This document shows, one piece after another, positions 35,418 through 46,642 of a stretch of DNA of 64,000 nt. The notes under the pieces are model-generated. The model was not told the origin of the DNA. It made no database searches and saw nothing but the letters and a program-made list of their open reading frames with translations. The translations under genes were made by a program, and so were the position numbers. How positions within the stretch are numbered: position 1 is the stretch's first letter; each line of letters begins with the position of its first letter. This DNA comes from Somniosus microcephalus (lineage: Eukaryota), in NCBI GenBank assembly GCA_052327205.1, contig CM126202.1, positions 454,212,001-454,276,000 of the forward strand, written 5' to 3'.

Positions 35418-36169
35418 ATAATAATAATAACCATAATCAACTTTATTGTCATTGTTAGTGCACAAGTGCAGTACAATGAAATGTAGGCTTGCGGCTCCCG
35501 AGAGTGTACATTTAGATTAAGACATTTAAACATTCAACATACATTTGGCTTGTAATACATTAACATAAACATAATAAAGTGCATTGGCAGATGTGCAGGC
35601 TTTAGAGTTTATTTGTGGAGTTCAGTAGGATGACAGCCCTGGGGAAGAAGTTGTTCCTAAATCTGGTCGTTCGGATGCGAATGCATCTGTAGCGTCTCCC
35701 AGATGGCAGGGGGGCGAACAAACTGTGGCTGGGGTGGGTAGGGTCTTTGATGATGGTCAGTGACCTCTGTAAACAGCGTTTCTGGTATATGTGCTCTATG
35801 GTCGGTAGCTGGGTACCGGTAATGCGTTGGGCAGTTTTGACTACCCGCTGCAGGGCTTTCCGGTCATAGGAGCTACAGCTGCCATACCATACTGTGATAC
35901 AGTTCGTCAGGATGCTCTCTATTGTGCAGCGGTAAAAGTTAGAGAGGATCAGGGGTGACAGGTTACATCCCTTCAGCCTCCTTAGGAAATATAGGCGCTG
36001 CTGGGCCTTCTTCACCAAAGAGGAGGTATTGAGGGACCAGGAGAGGTCTTCCGTGATGTGGACTCTGAGGAACTTAAAGCTGTCCACCCTTTCCACCACA
36101 GCCCCATGGATGTGGATAGGGGTGTGACTTCCGCCTTTAGACTTCCTGAAGTCCACAATGATTTCCTTG
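35418..36169 (-). mobile_element. Rex1/Babar-type LINE 3' fragment
   Basis: ORF 35602-36156 with KKAQQRLYFLRRL, ESILTNCITVWYG, LPSGRRYR (DUF1891-type C-terminus); AATAAAG..(TTA)n tail; possible CTGTC TSD at 35413-35417 and 36170-36174. Confidence 0.88.
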
Positions 36170-36214
36170 CTGTCTTGCTAAGAGGCATTATTAAAGCTGT
36201 ACCATAAACATATG

Positions 36215-36912
36215 GGCCTAGAAATTGAGTGGGCTTTGCGCCCATTTTGCGGCGCTAGAGGTCATTGCGCTGGACATACAGCCGGTTCAGAAATTCCCTG
36301 GGGCCCTACCATCGGCGGTAGACCGGTTGCGCTGCGCCGGCACCGATGACGTCATCGGTGTGCGCAGCGTCCCGGTTGCCGTGGTGACGGGCCCCAGCGC
36401 CGAAATTGAGTTGCGGCCGCCTCGCCCGTGGCAGCCGCAACTAAGACTCTGGCAACCGAGTCTTACAGGAGTTTGCGCCGGCGCATTAAGGTCGCGCGGC
36501 GGCCGGCCGCTTTCCCGCCGGCCGCCTGCCCGCACCTCCCTCCCCGGACTCCTCCACCCCCCCCCGCGGAACAGATGCTTCTGGGCTGCGAGCCCGGCAC
36601 TTCCCCGAGGTGCCGGGCTCATTTTTGTGAAGATTTTACCGGCCAGCGGGCGGGTGCAGGCAGCTCCTCCTTAACTGAAGGAGGAGGCCTGCACTTCCCG
36701 AGCCTGCCGCACCGCATCGGGTGCCGCAGCGCCGGAATAGCGCCGCAATGCGGCAGGTAGCGCCCATTTTCAGGCGCAAACACCCTTCAGTAGCGCCGGC
36801 AGCCATTTGGGCGTGGCGCTACTGAATTTTTGGCGCGCGCAGGGGGACTTAGCGCCGGCGCTAACTTTCCGGCGCTAAAGCCCTGGCGCGGCGCCAACTG
36901 AATTTCTAGGCC
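36215..36912. mobile_element. Harbinger-derived MITE (698 bp)
   Basis: TIRs GGCCTAGAAATTGAGT / ACTGAATTTCTAGGCC, matching the autonomous element; ATG duplicated at 36212-36214 and 36913-36915. Confidence 0.92.
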
Positions 36913-36974
36913 ATGGCCTTTAATGATCGCCATTTTGCCAAAGAATGCAGCCAGCCAATTGAAGGACATAAATT

Positions 36975-37272
36975 GGAAACATAGGAACAGCTTTTTGGGG
37001 GCGAGAGTTCCAGATTTTTGTGTGAAGATGTACTTCCTGACATCAGTCCTGAACGGCCCAGCTCTAATTTTAAGGTTCTGCCCCCTTGTTCTGGACTCCC
37101 CCCACCAGAGGAAATAGTTTCTCTCCATCTACCCGATCAACTCCTTTAATCACCTGAAAACACCTTGATCAGATCACCCCCTTAATCTTCCGCACCCGAG
37201 GGAACACAAGCCCAGTCCGTGCAACCTGTCCTCGTAATTTAACCCTTTTCGCCCCCAGTATCATTCTGGTGA
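36975..37272 (-). mobile_element. CR1 fragment
   Basis: GESRTRGQNLKIRAGPFRTDVRK on the minus strand. Confidence 0.8.
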
Positions 37273-37364
37273 ATCATCCTGTGGCACGATTGGCACCCCT
37301 GCCAGCACACCAGTCACGCCCCGAGATGACCGATTCTGGGTCGTCCGCTTCGGTTTTGCACGTG

Positions 37365-38145
37365 TGAGATCTCTGCGCTCCTCTACTTCAGTCCTCTTGA
37401 GCATCCCTGATTATAATCGCTCCACCATTGGTGGCCGTGCCTTCTGTTGCCTGGGCCCTAAGCTCTGGAATTGCCTCCCTAAACCTCTCCGCCTCTCTTT
37501 CCTCCTTTAAGACGCTCATTAAAACCTACCTCTTTGACCAAGCTTTTGGTCACCTGCCCTAATTTATCCTTATGTGGCTCGGTGTCAAATTTTTTGCCTT
37601 ATCGCACTCCTGTGATGCGCCTTGGGACATTTTACTATGTTAAAGGCCGTAGAGCGTGGAGCGTGGAGCGTGGAGCCAGCGACGATGAAGAGGAGGCCGC
37701 ATTGGAGCATTCACATCCCGACGGTGTGTTCGGCGAGTCGGGCAGAGGAGCGCAGCGCAACGAGCAGCAGCAGCAGACTCAACGACACGCTGCAGCACGT
37801 CGGCCGGCAGCTCCATTTCGGGTAACTCGCAGTCCGGATGGGAGGAGGGGAGCTGGGCACGGTGGCCAGAACGGGAGAAGCAGGCCACCACACGTGGAGC
37901 CGGCAACAGTGAGGAGGAGGCCGCGGTGAAGAGGAGGACGGAGCGGCTGAGGGACATCGTGCTCCCACTGCCACGGGAAGCCATTGTATTGACTCTGAAC
38001 GCGGCGCTGTATGTATAGCTGACGCGTCCCCACGGGGAACAAGCATTCCATTGTACTTGTTACATATGGCAAATAAATCTAATCTGAATCTGAATCTGAA
38101 TCTGAATCTTATATAAATACAAGTTGTTGTTGTGGTTGTTGTTAT
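37365..38145 (+). mobile_element. L2 3' fragment split by an insertion at 37648-38109
   Basis: GGTGGCCGTGCCTTC..CTCTGGAA..GGGACATTTTACTATGTTAAAGGC | TATATAAATACAAGTTGTTG. Confidence 0.8.
37648..38109 (+). mobile_element. Unclassified CpG-rich short retroposon with Rex1-like tail and (TCTGAA)n end
   Basis: Interrupts the L2 tail; ends CAAGCATTCCATTGTACTTGTTACATATGGCAAATAAA followed by a hexamer repeat. Confidence 0.65.
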
Positions 38146-38919
38146 TGTGGCAAGTTCGCGCAACAACCAATTTCTAGGCCATTGTCTCTTTCGATCTCCC
38201 AATCTATGGTGCTATTAATCTGCCTTGGGGGGGAAAAAAATCAAAATCAAATATGCTAAAGTAGGTATTTTAGGAATCCAGTCTTGCTGACTTTTCGAAA
38301 AGCAGCTCTCTGAGTATTTTAATTACAATTTTGGCGTGTTCATGTGAGATCCCAAACCTACGGTTCATTCATCATTAATTTCAATTTTGATAAAGCCTGA
38401 AGCTTTATCAGAGAAGCTGTACCAAATTCTGGCAGGGAATATAATTGGATTAGCTTTCAGATTTGACAGTGTCTTTCTGCAATGCTGTGTTGGAATCTGT
38501 TTGAAGTGAACTTCTACTGCAGATTAATATGCAAAAAGGTGCCCAATTCTAACAATTGGACTGAGGTTATAAACTGCTAAAGGGTAACTTACTCCTCGTA
38601 CCATTCGTGTTCCGTCGAGCTCATTTAAAAATAAGTCGTTTACAGGAAGGTAATGGACTTTGTTTCAAAGAAAAGTCATAGAAATCTCCCCATTTTCCAA
38701 ATAACTATTACTTGTATTATTACATCTTCGGTAGAGTTTGAGATGGTCGCTATTGAAAAAAGAAGGTGCATTGTGGAGATTTAAATGCAAACTAAGCAAA
38801 GAGGCAAAGCCCAAATCATCACAGGCTCCTCAAAATCCTTCTCTTCCACTGCATCTTTGACCTCTCACCCCAACCCTCTCCATTTCCCATTTTCAGCTTG
38901 GGATCAGCTTTGCTCCGTA

Positions 38920-39177
38920 AGAAACATAGAAACATAGAAACATAGAAGATAGGAGCAGGAGTAGGCCATTCGGCCCCTCGAGCCTGCTCCGCCATTCAAT
39001 GCGATCATGGCTGATCATCCAAATTCAGTACCCTGTCCCTGCTTTCTCCCCATATCCCTTGACCCCTTTAGCCTTAAGAAATGTATCCAACTCCTTCTTG
39101 AATATATTTAATGAATTGGCCTCTACTGCCTTCTGTGGTAGAGAATGCCACAGGTTCACCACTCTCTGGGTGAAGAA
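38920..39177 (-). mobile_element. Young CR1 3' tail fragment
   Basis: (AGAAACAT)n, FTQRVVNLWHSLPQKAVE. Confidence 0.9.
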
Positions 39178-39764
39178 TGTGGGGCACTGTGATAGATCTT
39201 CCCGCACGTGTGGAATGCGACAGAAATTCCAAACCATTCACATTGCGAATGGTAATTGCCATCCACTGCTAATTTCATGAAATATGCCCAATTATGCCAT
39301 GCATAATACATTAATTTGACGATAATACCCCAAGCAATACAGCAAGAAAGCATGCAGAATTAATCAAGTTGCGTGTATTAATTGGATTAACGTTCCCAAC
39401 AAAATACATGTTTAGACTAGTGTCATTGGGTATGCGTGGAGCTGGGAGCTGGGAGGTGATGATGTGAATGAAATATTTTTTAAGTAGTTTCTATATTTTG
39501 TTCGAACAAGTTTACTCCACCCTTGATAAACCATTTAACATTTATAACAAGTCGTCTCCAGTGTCACTGCTTGGTTTGTGCCAACTGAAAGAACTTCACA
39601 CGTAATTATAATGAAACACGAGACGACACGACAGTAAGCAGGTGAGAATACACTGCAATCTCTTGCTAATGTGTTTCACCTCGGATACTGTGATTATAAA
39701 TGGTGCTTTTCCACAGTTTTCATGCTGCTGGGAACCCAAAGTTTGGGTTTTGTGCTGGGACCTA

Positions 39765-39985
39765 AGGCCTAATCTCTGGAATTCCCGCCCTAAACCTTTC
39801 CGCCTCGCTAGCTCTCTCTCTCCTCCTTCAAAACGCTCCTTAAAACCTATCTCTATGCCCAGGCTCTTGGTCATCTGTCCTAATATCACCTTATGTAAAT
39901 TTTGTTTGATAACGCTCCTGCGAAACTCTTTGGGAGGATTTATTACTTTAAAGGCGCTACATAAAGGCAAGTTGTCATTGTTGTT
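39765..39985 (+). mobile_element. L2 3' fragment
   Basis: CTCTGGAATTCC..AAAGGCGCTACATAAAGGCAAGTTG. Confidence 0.7.
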
Positions 39986-40144
39986 AGACTTGCTAAAACC
40001 GGCAGCCTGGAAGACCCATGAGAAACAGGAGCTTCCCAGTCGCTACTCTCAGTGAATCTGACAGTTTTATAGACCCTATACTTTTGGGAACCCAATGACA
40101 GGAGTAGTTTGGGATACAATGGTGTCAGCCATGGCTCAAAGATA

Positions 40145-40386
40145 GAAAGAAAGAAAGACTTGCATTTCTACAGCGCCTTTCACGCCCACCAGACGTCCCA
40201 AAGCGCTTTACAGCCAATGAAGTACTTTTTGAAGTGTAGTCACTGTTGCAATGTGGGAAACGCGGCAAATCATTTGTGCCCAAAAAGCTCCAACAAACAG
40301 CAATGTGATAATGACCAGATCATCTGTTTTAGTGATGTTGGTTGGGGGATAAGTATTGGCCAGGTCACTGGGGAGAACTCCCCTGC
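40145..40386 (-). mobile_element. DeuSINE 3' half
   Basis: Reverse complement of the DeuSINE tail and core. Confidence 0.8.
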
Positions 40387-41297
40387 TCAGTGGTAGCACT
40401 CTTGACTCTGAGTCAGAGGTTGTGGGTTGAAGTCCCACTCCAGAGACTTAAACAAATAATCTAGGTTGACATTTCTGTTCAGTACTGAGGGAGTGCTGCA
40501 TTGTCGGAGGGGCAGTACTGAGGGAGCGCTACACTGTCGGAGGGGCAGTACTGAGGGAGTGCTACACTGTCGGAGGGGCAGTACTGAGGGAGTGCTGCAC
40601 TGTCGGAGGGGCAGTGCTGAGGGAGTGCTGCACTGTCGGAGGGGCAGTACTGAGGGAGTGCTGCACTGTCGGAGGGGCAATACTGAGGGAATGCTGCACT
40701 GTCGGAGGGGCAGTACTGAGGGAGTGCTGCACTGTCAGAGGGACAGTAATGAGGGAGTGCTGCACTGTCGGAGGTGCAGTAATGAGGGAGTGCTGCACTG
40801 TCGGAGGTGCAGTACTGAGGGAGCGCCGCACTGTCAGAGGGGCAGTACTGAGGGAGCACCGCACTGTCGGAGGGGCAATACTGAGGGAGTGCTGCACTGT
40901 CGGAGGGGCAGTACTGAGGGAGTGCTGCACTGTTGGAGGGACAGTGCTGAGGGAGTGCTGCACTGTTGGATGTGCCGTCTTTTGGATGAGATGTTAAACT
41001 GAGGCCCCGTCTGCTCTCTCAGGTGGAGTAAAGGATCCCACGGCCACTATTTCGAAGATGAGCAGGGGAATTCTCCCTGGTGTCCCGGCCAATATTTATC
41101 CCTCAATCAACATCACTAAGAAACAGATTATCTGGTCATTATCACATTGTTGTTTGTGGGAGCTTGCTGTGCACAAATTGGCTGCTACATTTCCTACATT
41201 ACAACAGTGACTACACTTCAAAAGTACTTCATTGGCTGTAAAGCGCTTTGGAACATCCTGAGGTCGTGAAAGGCGCTATAGAAATGCAAATCTCTCT
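40384..41297 (+). mobile_element. Full DeuSINE with an internal tandem expansion
   Basis: Head GCTCAGTGGTAGCACTC..GGGTTGAAGTCCC; core resumes at ~40972; tail AAAGGCGCTATAGAAATGCAA. Confidence 0.88.
40480..40975. repeat. 15 copies of a 33-bp unit CAGTACTGAGGGAGTGCTGCACTGTCGGAGGGG
   Basis: Counted from the 11-aa periodicity STEGVLHCRRG in ORF 40466-41002. Confidence 0.93.
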
Positions 41298-41564
41298 TTT
41301 AGAGTAATTGAGTAATTTGAGACATGGCGTGTGGTGAGTGCTCGAGAGGAACAGGAGACTTTGGACCTCTGGTTCCCAAAGCTCTCCCCCACTGGGGGTT
41401 TTCCTCACCTCGTGTCTGGGTCTGTTGTAGACTCACTGATAGAGATTGATCGCTGGGGTTAGTCAACAACCCCATTATTGTTGAATCATGCGACTACCAG
41501 GATGGTAGAAGGTGAACTAGATGAACCTCGGCCTTGCAATTCCTAAGAAGAAAAAGAAGACAAA

Positions 41565-41791
41565 GACTTGCATTTCTATAGCGCCTTTCACAGCCTCAGG
41601 ACGTCCAAAAGCTCTTCACAGCCAATGAAGTACTTTTTGAAGTGTCGCCACTGTTGTAATGTGGGAAACATGGCAGGCAAATTCAGCACAGCAAGCTTCC
41701 ACAAACAGCCATGTGATAGTGACCAGATAATCTGTTTTAGTGATGTTGATTGAGGGATAAATATTGGCCAGGACACTGGGGAGAACTCCTG
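41565..41791 (-). mobile_element. DeuSINE 3' half
   Basis: Same sequence as 40145-40386. Confidence 0.8.
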
Positions 41792-41827
41792 CACACTATA
41801 AAAATGCCTATAAAGTCAGCTTAAGAA

Positions 41828-42030
41828 TAACAACAACTTGCATTTATAAAGCACCTTTAACGTAGTAAAACGTCCCTCGGCGTTTCACAGGGGCGTTATC
41901 AGACAAAACTTGACACCGTGTCACACAAGGAGTCATTAGGACAGGTGACCAAAAGCTTGGTCAAAGAGATAGATTTTAAGGAGTGATTTAAAGGGGGAGA
42001 GAGAGGTTTAGGGAGGGAATTCCAGAGTTT
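41828..42030 (-). mobile_element. L2 3' fragment
   Basis: (CAA)n, GCATTTATAAAGCACCTTT, GGTTTAGGGAGGGAATTCCAGAG. Confidence 0.7.
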
Positions 42031-42042
42031 AGTGCTTAAAAT

Positions 42043-42622
42043 CTTCCTTCTTCTTCTTAGGCAGTCCCTCGGAACCGAGGATGACTTGCTTCCACATTAA
42101 AAATGAGTTCTCAGGTGACTGATGAGTCCAATGCGGGACCTACAGTCTCTGTCACAGGTGGGGCAGACGGTGGTTGAAGGGGCGGGTGGGTGGGGTGCTT
42201 GGGTTGATGTGCGCTCCTTGCTCTGCCTGTGCTTGGCTTCCGCTTGCTCCCGGCGAAGAGACTCGAGGTGTTCGGCGCCTTCCCGGATGCTTCTCCTCCA
42301 CTTTGTGCGGTTTTGGGCCAGGGATTCCCAGGTGTCGGTGGGGATGTTACACTTTTTCAAGGAGGCTTTGAGGGTGTCCTTGAAGCGTTTCCTCTGCCCA
42401 CCTGGGGCTCTCTTGCCGTGCCGGAGCTCCGAGTAGAGCGCTTGTTTTGGGAGTCTCGTATCGAGCATGCGGACAATGTGACCCGTCCATCGGAGCTGAT
42501 CGAGCGTGGTCAAAGCTTCGATGCTGGGGATGTTGGCCTGAGCGAGAACACTGATGTTGGTGCGCCTATCCTGCCAATGGATTTGCAGGATCTTGCGGAG
42601 GCAGCATTGGTGGGACCTCTCC
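42043..42622 (-). mobile_element. RTE-clade LINE 3' fragment with 12-bp TSD
   Basis: QLRWTGHIVRM, GGQRKRFKDTLK, CPTC..SHLRTH; (GAA)n tail; AGTGCTTAAAAT at 42031-42042 and 42623-42634. Confidence 0.92.
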
Positions 42623-43189
42623 AGTGCTTAAAATATTGGAGTTAAAGGGAACGGTATCACACTATAGGCAAGAAATTGCTCTCGGCGATATAAGCAGACA
42701 AATCCTTTATGCGTTCATACAACATTCCATCGGCTGTTTTAAAGGAGGCAACAAAACATTGAAAATAAACTGTTAAACAGCAGACAGAGAAATTGCTCTG
42801 ACTGTGTTAAGGGTTTTAATGGAAAGTGGCCTAGAAATTCAGTATAGCCACTTTTGGGGCGGTAAAGTCGGGCGGCCGCTAAAGTTTGCGCCCGCCGGAA
42901 AGTGGAGGCCACTTCGCCGATATTCAGTAGCTTTGGCCAAGGAGTTTGCTCGAGCGCTAAAACTGGCGATGCACGGCTATCTTTAGGCGCTAAGCCGGCG
43001 GTGCAGACTGATACCGCCGAGGCCGGGCGCAGCGCAGGTGCGGTCATGTCTTGATTGACAGCAGACACCCTGGCGCCGGCCAGCTCTTAAAGGGGGAAGG
43101 GTCGACTTGGTCTGCTGCCACGCCCTGGATACTGCAGCCCTCCAGCTAGGCCTAAACACTGCTGCTGGAGAGAAATAGCGCCAGGAAGG

Positions 43190-44848
43190 ATGCAGAGGGC
43201 CCGTGAGCGAGCGCAGCGCTTCTCTGCCCATGATTTAAAGGTGCTGGTTAGGGCTTTGGAGAGGAGACGCCATATCTTGTTCCCGGACAGTGGCAAGAAG
43301 CCTGCCACCAGGGTCTACAGGAGAGCCTGGAGGGATATCGCCCAGAGGGTCACAGCTACCTGCGATGTCCCCAGGACTGGTGTCCAATGCCGGAAAAAGT
43401 TTAACGACCTCACTCGGATTGTCAGGGTGAGTACCCTTTCCAGTGTCCTCCTCATCCTTGCATGTGCACCTCACATTATGGGCAAAGGGACCTCAAAGCC
43501 CTAATGGCCAGCCCTCATCCAGCAGCTATGGCACTGGCATGAACATCCATTGCACTTTCTGCACTTTACACACTGGCCAAGCTATTCGACCATGGGAGGC
43601 AGTGCACACAACAACAGGGCACCACACTGTACTTAGAGGCCGTCCTTTCTCTTGCAGGCCAAGCTGGCCCAGAATCTGAAGAGCCGGACTGTCACCGGGG
43701 GAGGCCGTGCCCAGTTCCAGCAGCTCAGTGACCTGGAGGAGCGCGTGGGTCGACTCATGGGTGGCTGGCTGATTGGCCCCGTTGCATGTGGAGATGCCGA
43801 CCCTGTGCTGGGCCCCAATGGTAAGGACATGACCTTTTGGACCTCTCTCGTTCCCCTTGCGCTTCAGATCTACATCCTTTGCCACTGTCCGACCAATGCG
43901 CTGAATGCCACCACTCATGCCTCCCTCGCTGACGCCCTGTCCTCACTCTAAAGCTACTCTTGTGCCTTCCTGCTTTCAGCTGGTGAGGAGGAGGTACCTG
44001 AAGCTGCCACTGACAGTCCCTCGGAAGAGGAGGACGAGGAGGAGCAAGAGGAAGGCGGCCCATCGGGGGAACCCTCATCCGCGCCAGGGGATGGCAATGG
44101 AGGGGAGACGTCTTCCCTGGAGGAGAGCCAGGGGGAAGTGTTGCAGGGGGGTGTAGCTCCTGTGCCCAGTGGCGTCGAGCCACGCGGGAAGGGTCGGGAA
44201 GCTCGGCTGCCTTCTCCCCAGAGGGGGGAAGTGTTGCAGGGGAGTGTAGTTGCTGGGCCCAGTGGCGTCCAGCCACGCGGGAAGGGCCGGCCAGGTCGGC
44301 GGCCTTCTCCCCAGAGGGAGAGTCCGGCCTCCAGTCCGGAGACGGTCCTCGTCCAGGAGGTGCGCCTCCTCGATCAAATGTCCGCGGACTCGGATCACCG
44401 GCACACCGAGTTCATGGGGGTTGTGGCACGGTTGCCTGAGGCCATCGAGTCCCTGGCTCATAGTGTGTCCGATTTCGGGGCCTCACAGGCCAGGGGTTTC
44501 GAACAACTCGGGGCAGCACAGGCCAGGGGTCTCGAACAATTCGGCGCAGCACAGGACGCGAGTCGGGCCGAATTCAGGGCAGCACAGGACGCGAGTCGGG
44601 ACGACTTCAGGGCAGCACAGGCAGCGAGTGGCCAGTTGATCAGTGGTGCCATGCAGTCACTGGCTGGTCTGATGCGGGCACAGACCAGGGCAGTGCGGGC
44701 ACTCACTGCTGCCACACTCGCTGTCTCAGCCAGGCATTGCCAGGGCACCCGCCGTGCTGCAGCAGCACAGCGGTCTGGCCTTCAGCAGATTGCTACGCTT
44801 GCTGCAGTGCCAGCCCGGCCGAGTGCCAGTGTCTCAGGCGAGCAGTGA
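43190..44848 (+). CDS. Harbinger Myb/SANT-like DNA-binding protein; predicted exons 43190-43426, 43658-43820, 43980-44848 (422 aa)
   Basis: Trihelix motif RFSAHDLKVLV..W.DIA..V..RTGVQCRKKFNDL; GT-AG introns in compatible phases (0, then 1); exon 2 has the TGGG..LSDLEE motif; acidic linker; AATAAA at 45364. Confidence 0.85.
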
Positions 44849-45496
44849 GCGCCTGGCATCAGCCAGCTTGCCCCCATTGCTGCAGCCGCCACTGACACTC
44901 CCCCAGCAAAGCTGCCACGAGCTGCTGGACAGACTAATGCTGCCCAGCCACAGCTGCAGCAGTCAGCAGCCGGCCCCTTGAGGGCCAGAGCTCGTCTAGG
45001 CCGACCCCCAAGGGCATCTGCCGTCACGCAATGTGCCCCTCAGGAGCCTTCCCCCAGCCTTGCAGCACCCACAGGGCCCAGGTTGAGGCGGAGCAGCAGG
45101 TCGGCCAGGGGCCGGAAAAGGCTGGACAAGGACTCGCCCTCTCGGCACACAAAGTAGAGTGTGTTGCCAAATGTTTTTTTATATGGGGGTGGTTGTGTTG
45201 TCTATGGGGGGGGTTCTTTTGGTAAGGCCAAGGATGAAGGCCATTTGGATGGAAAAGTTTTGTTATTCCTCCCCAGGTTGTGGGAGTGAGATATGTTTTT
45301 GACTGTTTTTTGGGGGTGTTGTCTGTTTTTGGGTTTCATGTGGGAAGGGCCCTGAGTTTGTTCAATAAAGCTTTTTCTTTATTCAGCTTGTCCATGTGTG
45401 ATGTTTCAAGTGGTTGTTGCGTTAACCGGCTGAGGGCTTGCGGAGCGGCTGCATTCATGTCCCTTCATTGCCACAAGCCATTCCCTGACAGGGGGC

Positions 45497-46642
45497 CTAG
45501 AAGTGTCGTTCAATAAGCCGCCGACGGACGGCCCTTGGACCTTGTGGCTCCCTCCTGGGCTGGTACTCCTCCTCCTCCTCCTCCTCATGGTCCTCCTGCT
45601 CGTCCTCCTGAGGTGGTGGTCCAACGTGAGGTGGCAGTGCCTGAGTCCTGCGGATAGCCAGGCTGTGCAGCATGCAGCAAACGACGACGAACTGGGAGAC
45701 TCTATCCAGCGAATACTGCAGAGATCGGCCGGAGCGATCCAGGCAGCGGAACCGTTGCTTGAGGACGCCAATCGTTTGCTCTATGATGTTCCTTGTGGCT
45801 TGATGGCTTTCGTTGTATGCCTCCTCAGCAGGGGTCCTGGGCGCGCGGAGCGGGGTCATGAGCCATGTACACAAAGGATAGCCTTTGTCCCCGATAAGCC
45901 ATCTTCTTGGGGGAGGCTGTGCCTGGAACATGTCAGCCACAGTAGTCTGGCGCAGGATAAATGCATCGTGGCTGCTGCCTGGAAAGCGGGCATTGACAGC
46001 TAGGATGCGCTGCCTGTGGTCACACACCAGCTGTACATTGAGGGAATGGTAGCCCTTCCGGTTGCGGTAATCCTCGGCATTGTCGATAGGTGCCCGCAAA
46101 GCCACATGCGTGCAGTCAATGGCGCCCTGCACCATGGGGAAGTCCGCGATCCTCGCAAATCCGACTGCACGCTGCTCCTGCCTCTCCAGGGTCATGGGGA
46201 AGGAGATGAATTGGTGTCTCCTTGTGAAAAGGGCATCGGTGACCTGCCGGATGCAGCGATGCACGGCGAACTGGTATATGTTAGCTATGTCCCCAGCAGC
46301 GGCTTGGAAGGAGCCGCTTGCATAAAAGTTCAGAGCCACCGTGACCTTCACTTCCACCGACAGAGACGTCCTGCACATCAGCTGTGGACGCAGATCTCTG
46401 GGAAGCAGCTGGCAGATCTCTGCAACCACCTCCCTTCTGAAGCGCAGCCTCTTAACACACTGCGCGGCAGTCATGGTGAGATAGGACACCTGCTGGCGGT
46501 ATTCCCTGAGCGGGTAAGGCCTATGTTGCCGACGCCTGATGCCCCCTCTGCGTCTAGGCATGGCTGCCCCTCTCACACAGCGTCTGCGAGCCCTTCGCAC
46601 ATAATGCTGGAACTGAGGGTTGGAACCCCATGCAGCCCCCAT
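45497..46642 (-). CDS. Harbinger DDE transposase (HARBI1 family), ~381 aa from ATG 46642; frame open from 46777
   Basis: GAIDCTHV, NRKGYHSLNVQLVCD, FPGSSHDAFIL, IGDKGYP, YNESH..TRNIIEQTIGVLKQRFRCL; no stops or frameshifts. Confidence 0.95.
   Translation of the reverse strand: MGAAWGSNPQFQHYVRRARRRCVRGAAMPRRRGGIRRRQHRPYPLREYRQQVSYLTMTAAQCVKRLRFRREVVAEICQLLPRDLRPQLMCRTSLSVEVKVTVALNFYASGSFQAAAGDIANIYQFAVHRCIRQVTDALFTRRHQFISFPMTLERQEQRAVGFARIADFPMVQGAIDCTHVALRAPIDNAEDYRNRKGYHSLNVQLVCDHRQRILAVNARFPGSSHDAFILRQTTVADMFQAQPPPRRWLIGDKGYPLCTWLMTPLRAPRTPAEEAYNESHQATRNIIEQTIGVLKQRFRCLDRSGRSLQYSLDRVSQFVVVCCMLHSLAIRRTQALPPHVGPPPQEDEQEDHEEEEEEEYQPRREPQGPRAVRRRLIERHF

Noticed and set aside
40480-40975. Regular 33-bp repeats as a CRISPR array or zinc-finger-like ORF
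   Set aside because: No unique spacers, no cas genes, eukaryotic context; the unit is an internal segment of the surrounding SINE.
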